This document shows, in pieces, positions 10,544 to 22,526 of a DNA stretch of 64,000 bases; position 1 is the stretch's first letter, and the number at the start of each line of letters is the position of its first letter. The translations under genes and the position numbers were made by a program. The stretch lies in assembly GCA_963666315.2 (NCBI GenBank), contig CAXXHG010000015.1, positions 1 to 64,000 of the forward strand. Direction: 5' to 3'. Source of the DNA: Candidatus Binatia bacterium. GTDB lineage: Bacteria > Desulfobacterota > Binatia > Bin18. A model generated the notes under the pieces. The model was not told the origin of the DNA, did not search any database, and saw only the letters and a program-made list of their open reading frames with translations.

Positions 10544-12376
10544 TTAACCCTTGGTGCCCAAGGCCCGATCCAGATTAAACGCGGCACTAATAACCGCGAG
10601 ATGGGTAAACGCCTGCGGGAAATTGCCCAGGCTCTCACCACGCAAGCCGGTTTGTTCCGCATACAACCCTACATGGTTGGCGTAGCCCAACATTTGTTCA
10701 AACATGAGGCGTGCCTCATTGAGCCGCTGTCGGTCGGTCAAACCCGCGCGGGTTAAGGCTTCCACCAGCCAGAAGGTACAAATATTAAAGGTACCTTCTT
10801 TTCCATTGAGTCCATCAGGGGTTTCCTGCACATTATAGCGATAGACTAAGCTGTTCGAGACCAGGCCGCCTTCCTCGGGTGGACGATTGACCGCATCGAG
10901 GGTTTTGAGCAGACGCGGATCGCTCGGGGACAGGAAAAAGACCAACGGCATCATGAGATTGGCGGCATCAAGTACGTCGCTGTCGTAGTGCTGGACAAAA
11001 GCCTGGCGCTGAGAATTCCAGCCTTTTGTCATAATCTCTTCGTAGATCCGGTCGCGTACTTTCAGCCACCGGTCGCGGTCAGCGGGGAACGAGCGTTTAT
11101 CGGCCAAACGAATGCCGCGGTCAATCGCGACCCAACACATCAGTTTCGAGTAGACAAAGTGCTGCTGCCCACCACGCACCTCCCACACGCCTTCATCCCG
11201 GCGCTGCCAATTATCACACACCCAATTGATGAGCCGGCGCAGATAGGACCACAGGTCATACGAAATCGGAGATCCATATTTATTAAACAGATAGACCGAA
11301 TCCATGAGTTCACCGTAGATGTCGAGCTGAAGTTGCTTGTAGGCTCCATTGCCGATCCGGACGGGACGAGAGCCCTTATACCCTTCGAGGTGATCGAGTG
11401 TTTCCTCAGTTAATTCATGCCGGCCATCAATGCCGTACATGATTTGCAGCGATCCGTCCGGGCCCATTTCGCGGCAACGCGCTTCCACCCAGTTCATGAA
11501 CTGGGCAGCTTCCTGCGTGAACCCGATGCGCAGCAAGCCATACAGAGTGAACGCCGCATCACGAATCCAGGTATAGCGGTAGTCCCAGTTGCGTTCCCCA
11601 CCCACGTCCTCAGGCAAACTACACGTTGGGGACGCTATAATGGCGCCGGTCGGTTCATACGTCAGCAGCTTGAGCGTTAACGCGGAACGATACACCATCT
11701 CCCGCCAGCGACCGGCATACGTGCACTGACCGAGCCACTGCCGCCAGTATTCGACCGTCTGACGGAACAGCACGTCGCCCTCTTCTTCTTCTATATGGCC
11801 ACAACCAGCGCCCGACTGGATCTCACGGAGGACAAAGGTCTCAGAGTGTCCTTCATCAAGGGTGAACTCAGCCTGCACCCCACTCTCGTATTGCTGCAGT
11901 GGGACGGGAGCGGTGAGGCCAAGACTCAAATTGGCCGATTCAAAGCATACGCCCTGCGCTGTCAGACGCGAGACGTGGGCATCCCGTGCAAAATTAAAGG
12001 CAGGTTGACACACCAGGCGAAAGCGCATGCTGCCACGTGCAACGCGTACCCGACGAATCAAACCATGGTAGCTGAAGTCCTTTTTTGACAGACCTACCGG
12101 CATGAAGTCGATCACTTCTCCCACGCCGTCGGGTGAGAAAAAGCGAGTAATGAGCACATTCGTATCGGGCCAATACAGTTGTTTATGGGTCACCTCGCCG
12201 CCTGCCGGAGCGATCTGAAAGCGTCCGCCCTTTGTATCATCAAGAATCGCGCCAAAAACACTCGGCGAGTCAAAATGAGGGAAACAGAACCAGTCGATCG
12301 ATCCGTTCAGGCCCACCAGGGCCGTCGTGTACATATTGCCGATGATTGCGTAGTTCTCAATAGGTTGGTATGCCAT
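10544..12376 (-). CDS. Glycoside hydrolase family 15 (glucoamylase/trehalase-like)
   Basis: [28 protein letters not shown] and GNFPQAFTH motifs. Confidence 0.93.
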   Translation of the reverse strand: MAYQPIENYAIIGNMYTTALVGLNGSIDWFCFPHFDSPSVFGAILDDTKGGRFQIAPAGGEVTHKQLYWPDTNVLITRFFSPDGVGEVIDFMPVGLSKKDFSYHGLIRRVRVARGSMRFRLVCQPAFNFARDAHVSRLTAQGVCFESANLSLGLTAPVPLQQYESGVQAEFTLDEGHSETFVLREIQSGAGCGHIEEEEGDVLFRQTVEYWRQWLGQCTYAGRWREMVYRSALTLKLLTYEPTGAIIASPTCSLPEDVGGERNWDYRYTWIRDAAFTLYGLLRIGFTQEAAQFMNWVEARCREMGPDGSLQIMYGIDGRHELTEETLDHLEGYKGSRPVRIGNGAYKQLQLDIYGELMDSVYLFNKYGSPISYDLWSYLRRLINWVCDNWQRRDEGVWEVRGGQQHFVYSKLMCWVAIDRGIRLADKRSFPADRDRWLKVRDRIYEEIMTKGWNSQRQAFVQHYDSDVLDAANLMMPLVFFLSPSDPRLLKTLDAVNRPPEEGGLVSNSLVYRYNVQETPDGLNGKEGTFNICTFWLVEALTRAGLTDRQRLNEARLMFEQMLGYANHVGLYAEQTGLRGESLGNFPQAFTHLAVISAAFNLDRALGTKG

Positions 12377-12603
12377 GTATTCCCCTTCTTCCACGAAAGA
12401 CCTGCCCGCTGCGTCGCTCAAAAGGCATGCCGATAAGCCGCTATGGCCTGCCCTTCTTTTTAGCCTAGCAGGATTTGGCGTCTTGGTGGACACCCATATC
12501 GGGGCGGATATGGACGACAATCAAATGCCAACCGTATCCCTTGGCAATTTCCAAGCGCTACGCTACGCTAGACAAAAGTCACGCTAGCTGATGGGGGATT
12601 ATT

Positions 12604-13782
12604 ATGAGCGGCTATACAATCATCGACGTTGATACCCATGTCACTGAAACACCAGACTTGTGGACCAGTCGGGTGCCTGAAAAAATGAAAGCTGCCGTGC
12701 CGCGCATCGACCTCGACGCCAAAGGGCGTCAGTGGTGGTTCCTAGGCGATCGGCGTATCGCAAATCCAGGCCTGACCGCTACCGCCGGTGTAGGCGATAT
12801 GATGCACTGGCCCAAATCGTATGACGAGATGCACCCAGGGGCGTTCGACGCTAAGGAACGCCTTAAATATATGGATGAAATAGGCATCTGGGCCATGGTC
12901 ATGTATCCCAACGTCGGAGGCTTCGGAAGTCAGGAATTTCTCAGGTTAGAGGACCCCGAGCTGAAGCTGACCTGCGTCCAGGTGTATAATGATTGGCAGA
13001 CCGAATGGGCCTCAGCAGACTCGCGCCGGCTGCTGCCGATCACTTCGACGCCTTTTTGGGATGTACCTGCCACGGTGAAAGAAGTGCGACGCTGCGCGAA
13101 AATGGGGCATAAGGGCATTCTCTTCACCGGAGACCCGCAGTCACTCGGCCAGCCGCTGCTGGGCGATCCGCACTGGAACCCCTTGTGGGAGGTCGCGGTC
13201 GAGCTCGATTTGCCGATCAGTTTCCACATCGGATCTGGCAATATGGATGGTGGACTGCGACGCGACAAGGTCAAGACATATGGCAAAATGGCTACGTTTG
13301 CCGCCCTGTCGGTGGACATCTTCATGCGCAACGGCATTCAGTTGAGCGACTTGATCATTTCGGGCGTGCTGGCGCGCTATCCCGATATTAAGTTTGTCTC
13401 GGTTGAGAGCGGCATCGGCTGGATTCCATTTGCCCTCGAAGCGCTGGACTATCAATTCCTCGGCAACCGCGTCCAGGAAGAACGGCGCGATCTCGACATG
13501 CTGCCGTCAGAGTATTTCGCACGCAACATCTACGCCTGCTACTGGTTCGAGCAGATCGCACCACGTCGGCTGATCGACAAAGTCGGGGCAGACAAAATCA
13601 TGTTTGAAACTGACTTTCCACATCCCACTTCCCTCTACGGGGATGAAGTACACGAGCGGATCAAAACTGGTCTCGGAGACTGTGATGAGGAGGTCCGGCG
13701 CAAAATCCTCTGGGACAACGGCCAGAAGCTGTATAAGGTCGAAGGTCCGGCGGAAGCCGATGAGGCCAAGCTCATCGCATAG
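12604..13782 (+). CDS. Amidohydrolase_2 family protein
   Basis: DVDTH, FHIG, VESGIGW and FETDFPH motifs. Confidence 0.92.
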   Translation: MSGYTIIDVDTHVTETPDLWTSRVPEKMKAAVPRIDLDAKGRQWWFLGDRRIANPGLTATAGVGDMMHWPKSYDEMHPGAFDAKERLKYMDEIGIWAMVMYPNVGGFGSQEFLRLEDPELKLTCVQVYNDWQTEWASADSRRLLPITSTPFWDVPATVKEVRRCAKMGHKGILFTGDPQSLGQPLLGDPHWNPLWEVAVELDLPISFHIGSGNMDGGLRRDKVKTYGKMATFAALSVDIFMRNGIQLSDLIISGVLARYPDIKFVSVESGIGWIPFALEALDYQFLGNRVQEERRDLDMLPSEYFARNIYACYWFEQIAPRRLIDKVGADKIMFETDFPHPTSLYGDEVHERIKTGLGDCDEEVRRKILWDNGQKLYKVEGPAEADEAKLIA

Positions 13783-13839
13783 GCATTTCCACTCAACTGT
13801 AACCGAAAGGCCAAGAGACACACATCTTGGCTTTTTTTC

Positions 13840-14169
13840 TTAAGGGATCCGAATATCTTTATGGTATACGCAGCGATAGCGTAATGGGTATGTTCCCGGC
13901 TCTTCTTCGAGTATCTTTCGGCCTGTCCGCTCTTCGAACACGGCCACCCATTCCACGACCTGCTCTGGACGCAGATAGAATCCTGACATCCCTACGTCCT
14001 TTGTAATTTGCCTAGAAATGCTCCCAGCCGTCAGGCCACGATCCGGCATGCCACGATAGGCGTCGACCACATACTGCGCGATGCGGTCCTCAATCTTCCC
14101 ATACGCGGAACCGTGCCCCTGACCAATATCAATACTCGGCATGCTGAACGCCTTCTCGACAAGACACAT
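13840..14169 (-). CDS. Hypothetical protein (possibly a fragment)
   Basis: ORF only, with protein-like composition. Confidence 0.35.
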   Translation of the reverse strand: MCLVEKAFSMPSIDIGQGHGSAYGKIEDRIAQYVVDAYRGMPDRGLTAGSISRQITKDVGMSGFYLRPEQVVEWVAVFEERTGRKILEEEPGTYPLRYRCVYHKDIRIP

Positions 14170-14320
14170 GGAATATTCTTCGCTCTACTCGCGGCTCAGT
14201 TTGGAAGATGCTCTCCCTCGACAGCCGGCCGTAGGCAGCGCCAACCGTCCAGCCATCTAGCAGGTTCTTGGTCTATGACACGACGTCTTCATGGTCCCAG
14301 TCTTTCGGGTCCCAGTTTTC

Positions 14321-14515
14321 CTAGAGGCGGCCGCGATAGCCGGGCGGCCGCCAGCTCTTCTCTACACACTCTTGACACACCGATACAGTCTGCCGCTCTC
14401 CCCTCTCACCAACGAGAAAGCCTTGGCTGTACGGGTACTCGGTTGAGACGGCCTTCCGGCAGTCAGGATTTGCGCAGATCGTTCTAAGGGTTTCGTTCTC
14501 ATGCGGGCGGGCCAT
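14321..14515 (-). CDS. Small Cys-containing (zinc-ribbon-like) hypothetical protein
   Basis: AGGAG RBS; CANPDC and CQEC pairs. Confidence 0.55.
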   Translation of the reverse strand: MARPHENETLRTICANPDCRKAVSTEYPYSQGFLVGERGERQTVSVCQECVEKSWRPPGYRGRL

Positions 14516-14577
14516 GATGCTCTTCTCCTACTTCATAACAGCGAGACCGCCGCTCAAGTCTTCAGACCCAAAGGGTA

Positions 14578-14784
14578 CTATGAGAGGGCGATCTCATCTT
14601 CAATCACGAATCTCAGATCGAGCCCTTCGACTTCGAGCGTCATCCGCGCCTTGAGCCGTTAAGAGCCAGTCACCGTCCCCGCCGCTATTGCCTCCCTCAC
14701 GGCTCTCTCAATTTCCTGCTGAGAGGTGACGCCAACCTTTTTATGAAATTTCCGCACTTCTCTATTGAAGGTGTCTTCATTCAT
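14578..14784 (-). pseudogene. DUF6494-like small protein with a premature stop
   Basis: Reads MNEDTFNREVRKFHKKVGVTSQQEIERAV...GS*RLKARMTLEV...EIALS; in-frame TAA at 14659-14661. Confidence 0.65.
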
Positions 14785-14961
14785 CATACGCCTCATAGCA
14801 TAGGTGAGCCGTGTGTCTTGCGCAAACACGTCCGGTGCTGCCCCTTCCTCAAAAATCGCCTAGCACAGACACCCGGGCCCGTACGCCCCACAGTCAATAT
14901 ACGCATCTGGGTCATTGAAATGAAGCGGTTCGTAATCCTGACCGAGCCCCAGCGCCTGAGC

Positions 14962-16512
14962 TCAGGGCTGTATCTCTACCCGCCGCTTGGCCCGCTTCCC
15001 AACCGCGGTGAGAAACATGACACTCTTGCCTGCGGCGTGCGGTGAGAAGAACTGCGTCACCTCATCATCAAAAAACGTGAGGCCCGTCGCCCCCAAGCGT
15101 TGCCCGTATGCTGCCAGGTAGACTTTACCCCCAATGATCGCCGATTCGAGTTGGGCGGCGCGATAGCCACGATTCCCGAAGCGCTCTAATAGAGGGGGAA
15201 GCTCGACGAGGCAAAAAATATTGACACTCGAATCAGCCGGCAACTCCTGTCCCAACCCCAAATGTCCGGCCTCGCCCCGAAAATCCCCTGCCCTCAATAC
15301 TTCTAGGGCGTTCCGCTCGCGGTGGAAGACGTAGCTGCCTGAAGGCAGCTCATCAACCGCATTGACGATCAGGTAGAGATCGGTAAACGTTGCCCCAAAT
15401 GGATCGAGGTAGTCAGTTGGCACCCCACAGGTCGACTGTTGCAGCAGGGTTGAGAGCTGGGCCAAGGTAATAGCCTCAGGGGCGAAAGTCCGACTTGAGC
15501 CGCGGTGCCGGATCACGTGCTCAAGCCCGGCATCAGAGAACTCGTGAGCACTGGGGGGCACGAGCGGAAACAGGCGGCCGGTGGAGGGAAGAACAGCTCG
15601 GGCGGAAAGGGCTCCCCGCCACGAGAGGACCTCGTCCTGCGTTAAGGTCGAAGCCGCATGCATCGCCCGAATCACCGGATAATCCACTTCTGTCTTTGAG
15701 AACGGAACAGTCGGTAAATGGAGGGGGGCTATCGCTGCTGGCGTATCAGGGGCAGATCTTGCGCTAGAGCCGACGGGCACAAGGGCCAAGGCGACTTCAT
15801 AGTCCGTATCGAGATCCAGGAGTTGATTCACGACAGAATCAGAAAACCCGGCAACGATCCGTAGGGGGAGTTTCAGCCCTGCCCCCGCCGCCAACGTGTT
15901 GGCCAGCAACGTCCCAGCATCCCAAAAGCAGTGGCGATAGGTACGGGCTTGATACTTCCACGCGTTGCGCCAGTACGTGCTCGTGCAGACCAGCAGTGCC
16001 GGGGCGCAGGCCACCGCAGGTTCCTGACCACTGGCGTGGATGAGTACCTGCCGATAATCCCCCGATCGGAGGCACCGCAGGGCGAAGTCGTGAGGGCTAA
16101 AATGGTAGACTCCAGCCGACAGGTCGGGGAGCTGCCCACACACGAGATAGAGGTCAATATGGTAGAGGGCGCCGGTGCAGGCTGCGGCGCGAAAATACGT
16201 CTCCCCACCGGCGTGTGTCCGGCGTTTGGTGATACCCGCCGAAAGAAACAGGAGCTTAGCCAGCGTCAGCAGGTCCAGGATGCACTCTTCGTGCTGTTCA
16301 GGACTGGTTCCCGCAATGGCCGAGAGGGTGGGCAGCGACACGGGAGGCCACTCGTGGGGCAGCGGCAGCGGATCGAGAGTGGGGTATATTTTAAACGCCA
16401 GCGGATAATTCTCCCAATCGAGGCTGTGCGGATCGGTGCGAATACTCTCCCACGAGTGCTTCGTGCCGTTATGATAGGTCCAGGTGGCAGTCAGCTGACG
16501 ATTGATCGTCAT
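14962..16512 (-). CDS. SagB/ThcOx-family double nitroreductase-fold dehydrogenase
   Basis: RAAACTGALY, WKYQARTYR, RGSSRTF and GATGLTFFDDEV motifs. Confidence 0.88.
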   Translation of the reverse strand: MTINRQLTATWTYHNGTKHSWESIRTDPHSLDWENYPLAFKIYPTLDPLPLPHEWPPVSLPTLSAIAGTSPEQHEECILDLLTLAKLLFLSAGITKRRTHAGGETYFRAAACTGALYHIDLYLVCGQLPDLSAGVYHFSPHDFALRCLRSGDYRQVLIHASGQEPAVACAPALLVCTSTYWRNAWKYQARTYRHCFWDAGTLLANTLAAGAGLKLPLRIVAGFSDSVVNQLLDLDTDYEVALALVPVGSSARSAPDTPAAIAPLHLPTVPFSKTEVDYPVIRAMHAASTLTQDEVLSWRGALSARAVLPSTGRLFPLVPPSAHEFSDAGLEHVIRHRGSSRTFAPEAITLAQLSTLLQQSTCGVPTDYLDPFGATFTDLYLIVNAVDELPSGSYVFHRERNALEVLRAGDFRGEAGHLGLGQELPADSSVNIFCLVELPPLLERFGNRGYRAAQLESAIIGGKVYLAAYGQRLGATGLTFFDDEVTQFFSPHAAGKSVMFLTAVGKRAKRRVEIQP

Positions 16513-16848
16513 GGCAGGCGCCTTACCAGGTCGGCTAGCGAGGTCAAGAGCACACCAGGGTTCTCCGCTCTACTCGCGGCTCCTCCTCTGAGTCCGTCGT
16601 AATTACGAAGTGGTGGTCGCACTGACGAGGCGGAGGGCCTGGGCCCCGATGTCCCAAACATGCTTCCAACTAAAAGGGCGAGCACCTTCATTAGACACAG
16701 CTCGGCCTGAGTTGTCAATGAAAACAGGATACTCAAATCGCTCAAACGTCTCGTATTGCAGGAGACACCGCCTCCTGAAGATAGACCAGTGGCATGAGAA
16801 CACGCGTTGTTGAATAAGTCAGGAAAAACTCATAGGCTCACTCTTCTC

Positions 16849-17649
16849 ATGACCTCATCGTCTACGCTGCGAGAAATCCTCAAACGTGACCGGCTCATCG
16901 TTTGGGTCGGTCTCAGTGGCGTTACTGTCTTGGCATGGCTCTACATTGTCATGCTGGCTGCCCAGATGTCTGACACCATGCCCAATATGTCGGGAACAGA
17001 CATGCTGGCCATGTTGCAGCTGCGAGCCTGGACAGCGCAGGACTTCGTCCTCATGCTGCTGATGTGGGTCGTCATGATGATCGGCATGATGTTGCCCAGT
17101 GCGGCGCCGATGATCCTCTTGTTCGCCATCGTCAATCGGAAATCCCAACAACAGGGCAACCCTTTCGTCCCAACCAGTGCATTTGTACTCGGCTACCTGC
17201 TGGTCTGGAGTGGGTTTAGCGTCGCCGCGACCGTCTTACAGTGGGGCCTAGAGCAAGCGGCGCTGCTCTCACCCATGATGGTCAGCACGAGTCCGCTGCT
17301 CGGAGGGATAATTTTGCTGGCTGCCGGCGTCTTTCAGTGGACGCCGCTCAAACATGCCTGTCTCACTCACTGTCGTTCTCCGTTTGCGTTCATCATGCAT
17401 GGCTGGCGTCCGGGCATCGGGGGAGCTATCCGGATGGGGCTAGAACATGGAGTCTATTGTCTGGGCTGTTGCTGGATTTTGATGGGCCTCTTGTTTGTTG
17501 GCGGCGTGATGAGTCTGGTGTGGATCGCCCTGATTACGCTATTTGTCTTGCTTGAGAAGGCCGCTCCGTTCGGCGTTGCCATGGGACGGGTGAGTGGCCT
17601 GCTGCTCATCCTTGCCGGTCTCGCCGTCATGCTGCATGCCCACATATGA
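16849..17649 (+). CDS. DUF2182 predicted metal-binding integral membrane protein
   Basis: MMIGMMLPS, QWTPLKHACLTHCRSP and CLGCCW motifs. Confidence 0.9.
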   Translation: MTSSSTLREILKRDRLIVWVGLSGVTVLAWLYIVMLAAQMSDTMPNMSGTDMLAMLQLRAWTAQDFVLMLLMWVVMMIGMMLPSAAPMILLFAIVNRKSQQQGNPFVPTSAFVLGYLLVWSGFSVAATVLQWGLEQAALLSPMMVSTSPLLGGIILLAAGVFQWTPLKHACLTHCRSPFAFIMHGWRPGIGGAIRMGLEHGVYCLGCCWILMGLLFVGGVMSLVWIALITLFVLLEKAAPFGVAMGRVSGLLLILAGLAVMLHAHI

Positions 17650-17712
17650 CGCTATGACGACGGGCACCAGTCGTCAGTCTAAACGAGTCTTGACTTGAGG
17701 CTAGGTCGCGTA

Positions 17713-20199
17713 TCAGGCTTTGATGTGCCCATTATTCGGATCATACAAGGCGGTCAGTGTAGCGCGGGCGGGGAGGCGTTTGCCCGCGACTTCTATTTCA
17801 TACCGACCGGACTGAATGTATTCGGCGCTGACACCCTCAGCATGATCAGGACGATGCACATACCCGAGCCCAATAGCCGCACCAACCGTGTGCCCGAACA
17901 TGGCCGACGTAATAAAACCCACAATTTCATCATCCCGCCAGATCGGCTCGTTGTGGTACAGCAAGGTCTCGCCGTCTTCGAGCGCGAACTGCACCAGGCG
18001 TTTCTTTACGCCGTGCTGCTTTTGCGCCAACAACACCTCGCTGCCCAAGAATGCGCCTTTGTCAAAACGTACGGCAAAACCCAGACCAGCCTCTAGCGGT
18101 GTATCCTCGTCGGTCAGGTCATGCCCCCAGTGCCGATAGCCTTTTTCTATCCGCAGCGAGTTCAGGGCATGATAGCCACAGTGTTGTAATGCGAACGCTT
18201 TGCCTGCGTGGATGAGGGCGTCATATATGGGTGGGGCAAATTCACTGGGGATATGCAGCTCCCAGCCGAGTTCGCCCACATAGGCGATACGGACAGCCCG
18301 GAGCATCGCATCCGCAAAGTCGATATCTTGCGAGGTGGCAAAAGGAAAAGCTGAGTTCGACAGATCCGCGTCAGTGAGACCGCCTAATAGTGTACGGGAA
18401 TTCGGCCCCATGACACTTAGGACAGCATAGGCTGAGGTAACGTCAGTCAGGAAAGCATGTTCATTTTTTTCAATATGCGACTGTATATAGGAGAACGTCT
18501 TTATTTGCGTTGCTGCAGCATCCACAATGTAAAAGCGGTCGGCCTCTAACCGCGTGATAGTCACATCTGCCTCGATCCCACCCCGCTCATTAAGGATTTG
18601 AGTATAAACAACCTTGCCTATGCAGACATCAATCTGATTACCGCAGATGCGGTTTAACACCCTGACCGCGTCCCGGCCCTGGAGCAAAAACTTACTAAAA
18701 GACGTTTGGTCAAAGAGCCCGACGTTTTCACGTACCGCACGGTGCTCCGCTGCTGAGTAGTCAAACCAGTTTTGTCTTGCGTAGGAATAGTGATACTGCG
18801 GCTCGACCCCCGCGGGCGCAAACCAGTTCGCACGCTCCCAACCGGCGACTTCCCCGAAACATGCACCTTGGGCAGCCAGACGGTCATGCAACGGTGACAC
18901 ACGCACGCTGCGGCCGGTCTCATACTGCCGAAACGGCCAGTGCATGTCGTACAGTAGGCCGAGTGTTTCCGAGACACGCTTTTCCAAATAGCGCCGGTTG
19001 TTTTGAAACGGCATATTGCGCCGAATATCAACGTCCCACAGGTCCATAGGCGGGTGTCCGTGCGCTATCCATTCGGCCAGGACCTTGCCCGCCCCGCCGG
19101 ACGACTGAATGCCGATCGAGTTAAAGCCGGCGGCTATATAATAATTTTTCAGCTCAGGTGTTTCTCCCAGATGGTAGCGATCGTCCGGGGTGAAGCTCTC
19201 AGGGCCGTTAAGGAAAAGCTTGATACCGGCCGTTTCCAGGGCCGGTATACGAAACAGGGCTTTTTGAAAGACGTCGTCAAGATGCTCCCAGTCCTCACCG
19301 AAAGTGCCAAAGGCAAAATCCTCAGGTATGCTCGCGCCCCCCCTCCCCCACGGTTTGGCCTTTGCTTCAAAAAAGCCGGCCAGAATACAGCCGACCTCTC
19401 CCTTGAAATAGGCCGCGCTATCGGGATCGCGCAGCGTGGGTAATCCGGAGGCGAGTCCGTCAATCTGCTCAGTCACAATGTAAAAATGTTCAGCCGCGTG
19501 CAGCGGGATGTTCACCCCAGCTAGTCGGCCGAGCTCACGCGCCCACATACCGGCACAGTTCACCACGAATTCACATTCGATATCGCCGGAGTCAGTTGTG
19601 ACGCCGGTGACTCTGCCGTTCTGCTGAAGAATACCCGTCGCCTTCACGTTCTCAAATATCTGCGCTCCGAGGAGTTTTGCGCCTTTGGCGTAGGCCTGGG
19701 TGGTGTCGGTGGGATTGGTTTGTCCGTCGCCGGGCAGGTATACAGCTCCAATCAGATCCTTGGCGTTCATCAGTGGCCAGAGCCGCGCGGCTTCCTGTGG
19801 GGTGATAACTTCGACCTCGAGGCCGAAACACTTGGCCATGGACGCGCCGCGTTTCAGTTCGGCAAACCGTTCGTTATTGTTCGCGATAGAGAGCGAGCCC
19901 GTTTGTTTGAAGCCGGTTGCCTGCCCGGTTTCCTCTTCAAGTTGTGTGAGCAGCTCGGTGGTGTATTGGGCGAGCTTGGTGAGGTTTTGAGTCGCGCGCA
20001 ATTGCCCGACTAAGCCGGCCGCATGCCAGGTGGTGCCACTCGTCAGGCTTTTCCGTTCGAGCAACACCACGTCGGTCATGCCCAATTTGCACAGATGATA
20101 GGCAACACTACAGCCAATTATCCCGCCGCCAATAATAACGACCTGGGCATGGCCCGGCAGAGCCGGCACGACCGCACAGACATTGCTTATGCGTGACAT
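17713..20199 (-). CDS. GcvT-family FAD-dependent oxidoreductase (dimethylglycine/sarcosine dehydrogenase-like)
   Basis: [29 protein letters not shown] and SLRIEKGY motifs. Confidence 0.93.
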   Translation of the reverse strand: MSRISNVCAVVPALPGHAQVVIIGGGIIGCSVAYHLCKLGMTDVVLLERKSLTSGTTWHAAGLVGQLRATQNLTKLAQYTTELLTQLEEETGQATGFKQTGSLSIANNNERFAELKRGASMAKCFGLEVEVITPQEAARLWPLMNAKDLIGAVYLPGDGQTNPTDTTQAYAKGAKLLGAQIFENVKATGILQQNGRVTGVTTDSGDIECEFVVNCAGMWARELGRLAGVNIPLHAAEHFYIVTEQIDGLASGLPTLRDPDSAAYFKGEVGCILAGFFEAKAKPWGRGGASIPEDFAFGTFGEDWEHLDDVFQKALFRIPALETAGIKLFLNGPESFTPDDRYHLGETPELKNYYIAAGFNSIGIQSSGGAGKVLAEWIAHGHPPMDLWDVDIRRNMPFQNNRRYLEKRVSETLGLLYDMHWPFRQYETGRSVRVSPLHDRLAAQGACFGEVAGWERANWFAPAGVEPQYHYSYARQNWFDYSAAEHRAVRENVGLFDQTSFSKFLLQGRDAVRVLNRICGNQIDVCIGKVVYTQILNERGGIEADVTITRLEADRFYIVDAAATQIKTFSYIQSHIEKNEHAFLTDVTSAYAVLSVMGPNSRTLLGGLTDADLSNSAFPFATSQDIDFADAMLRAVRIAYVGELGWELHIPSEFAPPIYDALIHAGKAFALQHCGYHALNSLRIEKGYRHWGHDLTDEDTPLEAGLGFAVRFDKGAFLGSEVLLAQKQHGVKKRLVQFALEDGETLLYHNEPIWRDDEIVGFITSAMFGHTVGAAIGLGYVHRPDHAEGVSAEYIQSGRYEIEVAGKRLPARATLTALYDPNNGHIKA

Positions 20200-20294
20200 C
20201 GGTCTACAACTGATTCAGATTACCAAAACGCCCTAACTCCTCTTGACGGTCCTTCACGGGGAGTGAGCGAGGCCGTTATCGTAGCAACAAGAGT

Positions 20295-21333
20295 TCAATG
20301 AGAATTTTCTTTTGCCGCAATTATTATGTCCTGGTAGCTGAGAAAATTGGTTCTCTTACACCACTTGCCATAGTGGATAGGTTGGATAATTTTTAACCCG
20401 TATTTCTCAAACAACTGTTTAACAGTGTCCTCACGGTACGCAACGCCAGCAGCTTCTGGAAACTCTTCATTCAACGTTAAACAGCCTTCTATCTCGTGCC
20501 AAATATCGCGAGTGCTGGGGTCTGCGCGAAGAAGGTTTTCGGCCTCCTCATTCATAATAAAATACGTAATCAGACACTGCCCCCCCAGTCTTAAGCACCC
20601 GTGCAACCTCACTCAGATAGTGCGCCAAATCTGCGGGAAGCATGTGGGTGAACACTGATGTTAAAAAAGCAAAATCAAAAGATTCAGCGTCATAAGGGAA
20701 CTGGAAATCTTGTGCTCGAATTTTGCCGTTGGGATTATAACGCTTGTTGTACACATCGCTATGTTGAAAGTGAAACTTGCTGAATTTCTGGGAAATATGA
20801 CTTTGACACCACTCTATCCCTTCATTCACTATATCAAAACCCCAATACTCTCCCTGTCGAGATAAATAACTTGTTAACGGAACGGCCATACGTCCAATTC
20901 CACACCCAACATCCAAAACTCGATTGTGCGGTTGTAGATTTGCCAAATTGATGAAGTGACCTTTGAATTCTTGTCCTATTTCTCCAAAATCGCCGCTACC
21001 AACCGACACCATTGACTTTGGTGGAATCATACTGTGGCGATTCTTCAATCTGTCAATGGTATCGATCCGAAAAGAGTCTATATTTCTCAGAGCCGGCTTG
21101 AGGAGATTTGGAATAAATTTTACCAGAAGATTTTTCACAGACCATCTTGTCACATAGGTATGGCCTAACGTTGGGGAGATCTTTTGCAAGCAGACTTTCA
21201 GGTCTGCAACTTCGCCTGCGATGTGGTCCAGGCGCATCGAGACCCCGGTACGCCACTCGTCTTCTGCTCTGGATTTGAGCCGAGGGATTTCCCCGTGCAA
21301 CTCCTCCAGCATTTTCTGTTCAGCTTCGGTCAT
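20295..21333 (-). pseudogene. Class I SAM methyltransferase, frameshifted at a G7 run; the 5' ~55 codons may be an unrelated fused fragment
   Basis: VLDVGCGIGR and FLTSVFTHM motifs. ARVLKTGG continues as QCLITYF...YQDIIIA if the run at 20580-20586 is G6. The segment is AT-rich. Confidence 0.8.
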
Positions 21334-21706
21334 GGATGAGGTTCCTTCACTCTGAGTTCTTCGGCTTGTCGACGTTTCTTATATCGCTCTGCTTCTGGGT
21401 TCTACCTCAAAAGCAAAAAGACTAATAAACAGACATTTGACAATATAGATACCGGCGGGGATGTTGTTGGGGAGGGTTAGAATCTTTGATTATGACTATA
21501 GTCTCTTTATACTTGATGCTTTCCGCCCGCGCATTGCACCCATTGAATGATCCTGTTGCGAACGTCTTCAGCCCACGTCCACCTGAGGCTTTAGCCCCAG
21601 GCTCACCCTACCAAGCCCAGTACACTAAACTCCCCGCCCTGCCTTTGAGGGGCCAAACTCCCTTTGTACCTTGAGCCTGGTGCTTCAGCGCCTGGCGGGG
21701 TGGTGT

Positions 21707-21889
21707 TCAGCAGCTCTCTTCGCATTGTGCAACAGCATCATTGAATACCCGTTTCAGTACGGCGCCGATCTGTTTGGCTTCTGGCTGTTCGGCAATCTGC
21801 TGGCGCTTTTCGATCTCCAGCATAGCCGCGTGGATATTGGCCAGCTCGGCTTCGTATTGGGTGATCAGGTCGGCTGTCGTATGTGCCAT
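21707..21889 (-). CDS. Small helical hypothetical protein
   Basis: 60-aa ORF with a purine-rich RBS and amphipathic composition. Confidence 0.45.
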   Translation of the reverse strand: MAHTTADLITQYEAELANIHAAMLEIEKRQQIAEQPEAKQIGAVLKRVFNDAVAQCEESC

Positions 21890-21906
21890 CTTCCCTGCTC
21901 GCAGAC

Positions 21907-21957
21907 AAAAAAAGACCCTCTGCGTGTGGGTCCGTTTCCGGCCACGATCAGGGGGCC
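21907..21957 (-). terminator. Long terminator/attenuator-like hairpin followed by U7
   Basis: Minus strand reads GGCCCCCTG...CCG-GAAA-CGG...CAGAGGGTC-TTTTTTT. Confidence 0.55.
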
Positions 21958-22055
21958 TCTGAGTCCTATTGCGCTTACGCGCGTTGGAGTCGTGTGTAAA
22001 GGGTTTGCCGCAGTATTTTGGAAAAATGTTACGCTAAAGGCTCTCGCAGGTAACG

Positions 22056-22526
22056 CTAGAGAGACTTCACATGCCACTCGGAGGCAACTGCCGCCGCCGC
22101 TTTTTTGAGCATCCCGCGTTTCGCTGCGTCCCGTTGCGGACACACGACGACCGAGAGGACCGCGCCCCGTGCCTTGGCTTCGTGCTCCGCGGCCGCAAGT
22201 AGGGCTGCGCCAACCGTGGCCCAGTCCTGCGGCTGCGCCACCGCAAAGTCATCAATGATACAGACCGGGCCGCCGGGGTTATACACCGGCGGGGCAATCG
22301 TGATCGCGCTGATAAGGAACCCGCACAAGGCCTCCCCTTCCTCCGCGACGAGGGCGATCACATCGGCACTGGCGAGCAGCCGCGGAAAGAACAACTCCTG
22401 TATCGGGGCTTAGGCGGACACTTTCCGCCAGAAGACCGGCGAATAGCCCTCATATTCAAGGCGTTTCCTCTCGGCGATGGCCACCATACCCCGAATATCT
22501 GAGTCTTTCGCAGTGCGAATATTCAT
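22056..22526 (-). pseudogene. GNAT family acetyltransferase with an in-frame TAA
   Basis: Reads MNIRTAKDSDI...FWRKVSA*APIQELFF...IDDFAV; stop at 22410-22412. Confidence 0.75.

Noticed and set aside
14962-16512. SagB-type gene as part of a RiPP/TOMM cluster
   Set aside because: No YcaO, precursor peptide, protease or transporter nearby. Stand-alone double-domain forms are common.
22001-22010. GGCAAACCC on the minus strand as a c-di-GMP-I riboswitch start
   Set aside because: No GAAA-capped P2 or GACGCAAAGC segment follows.
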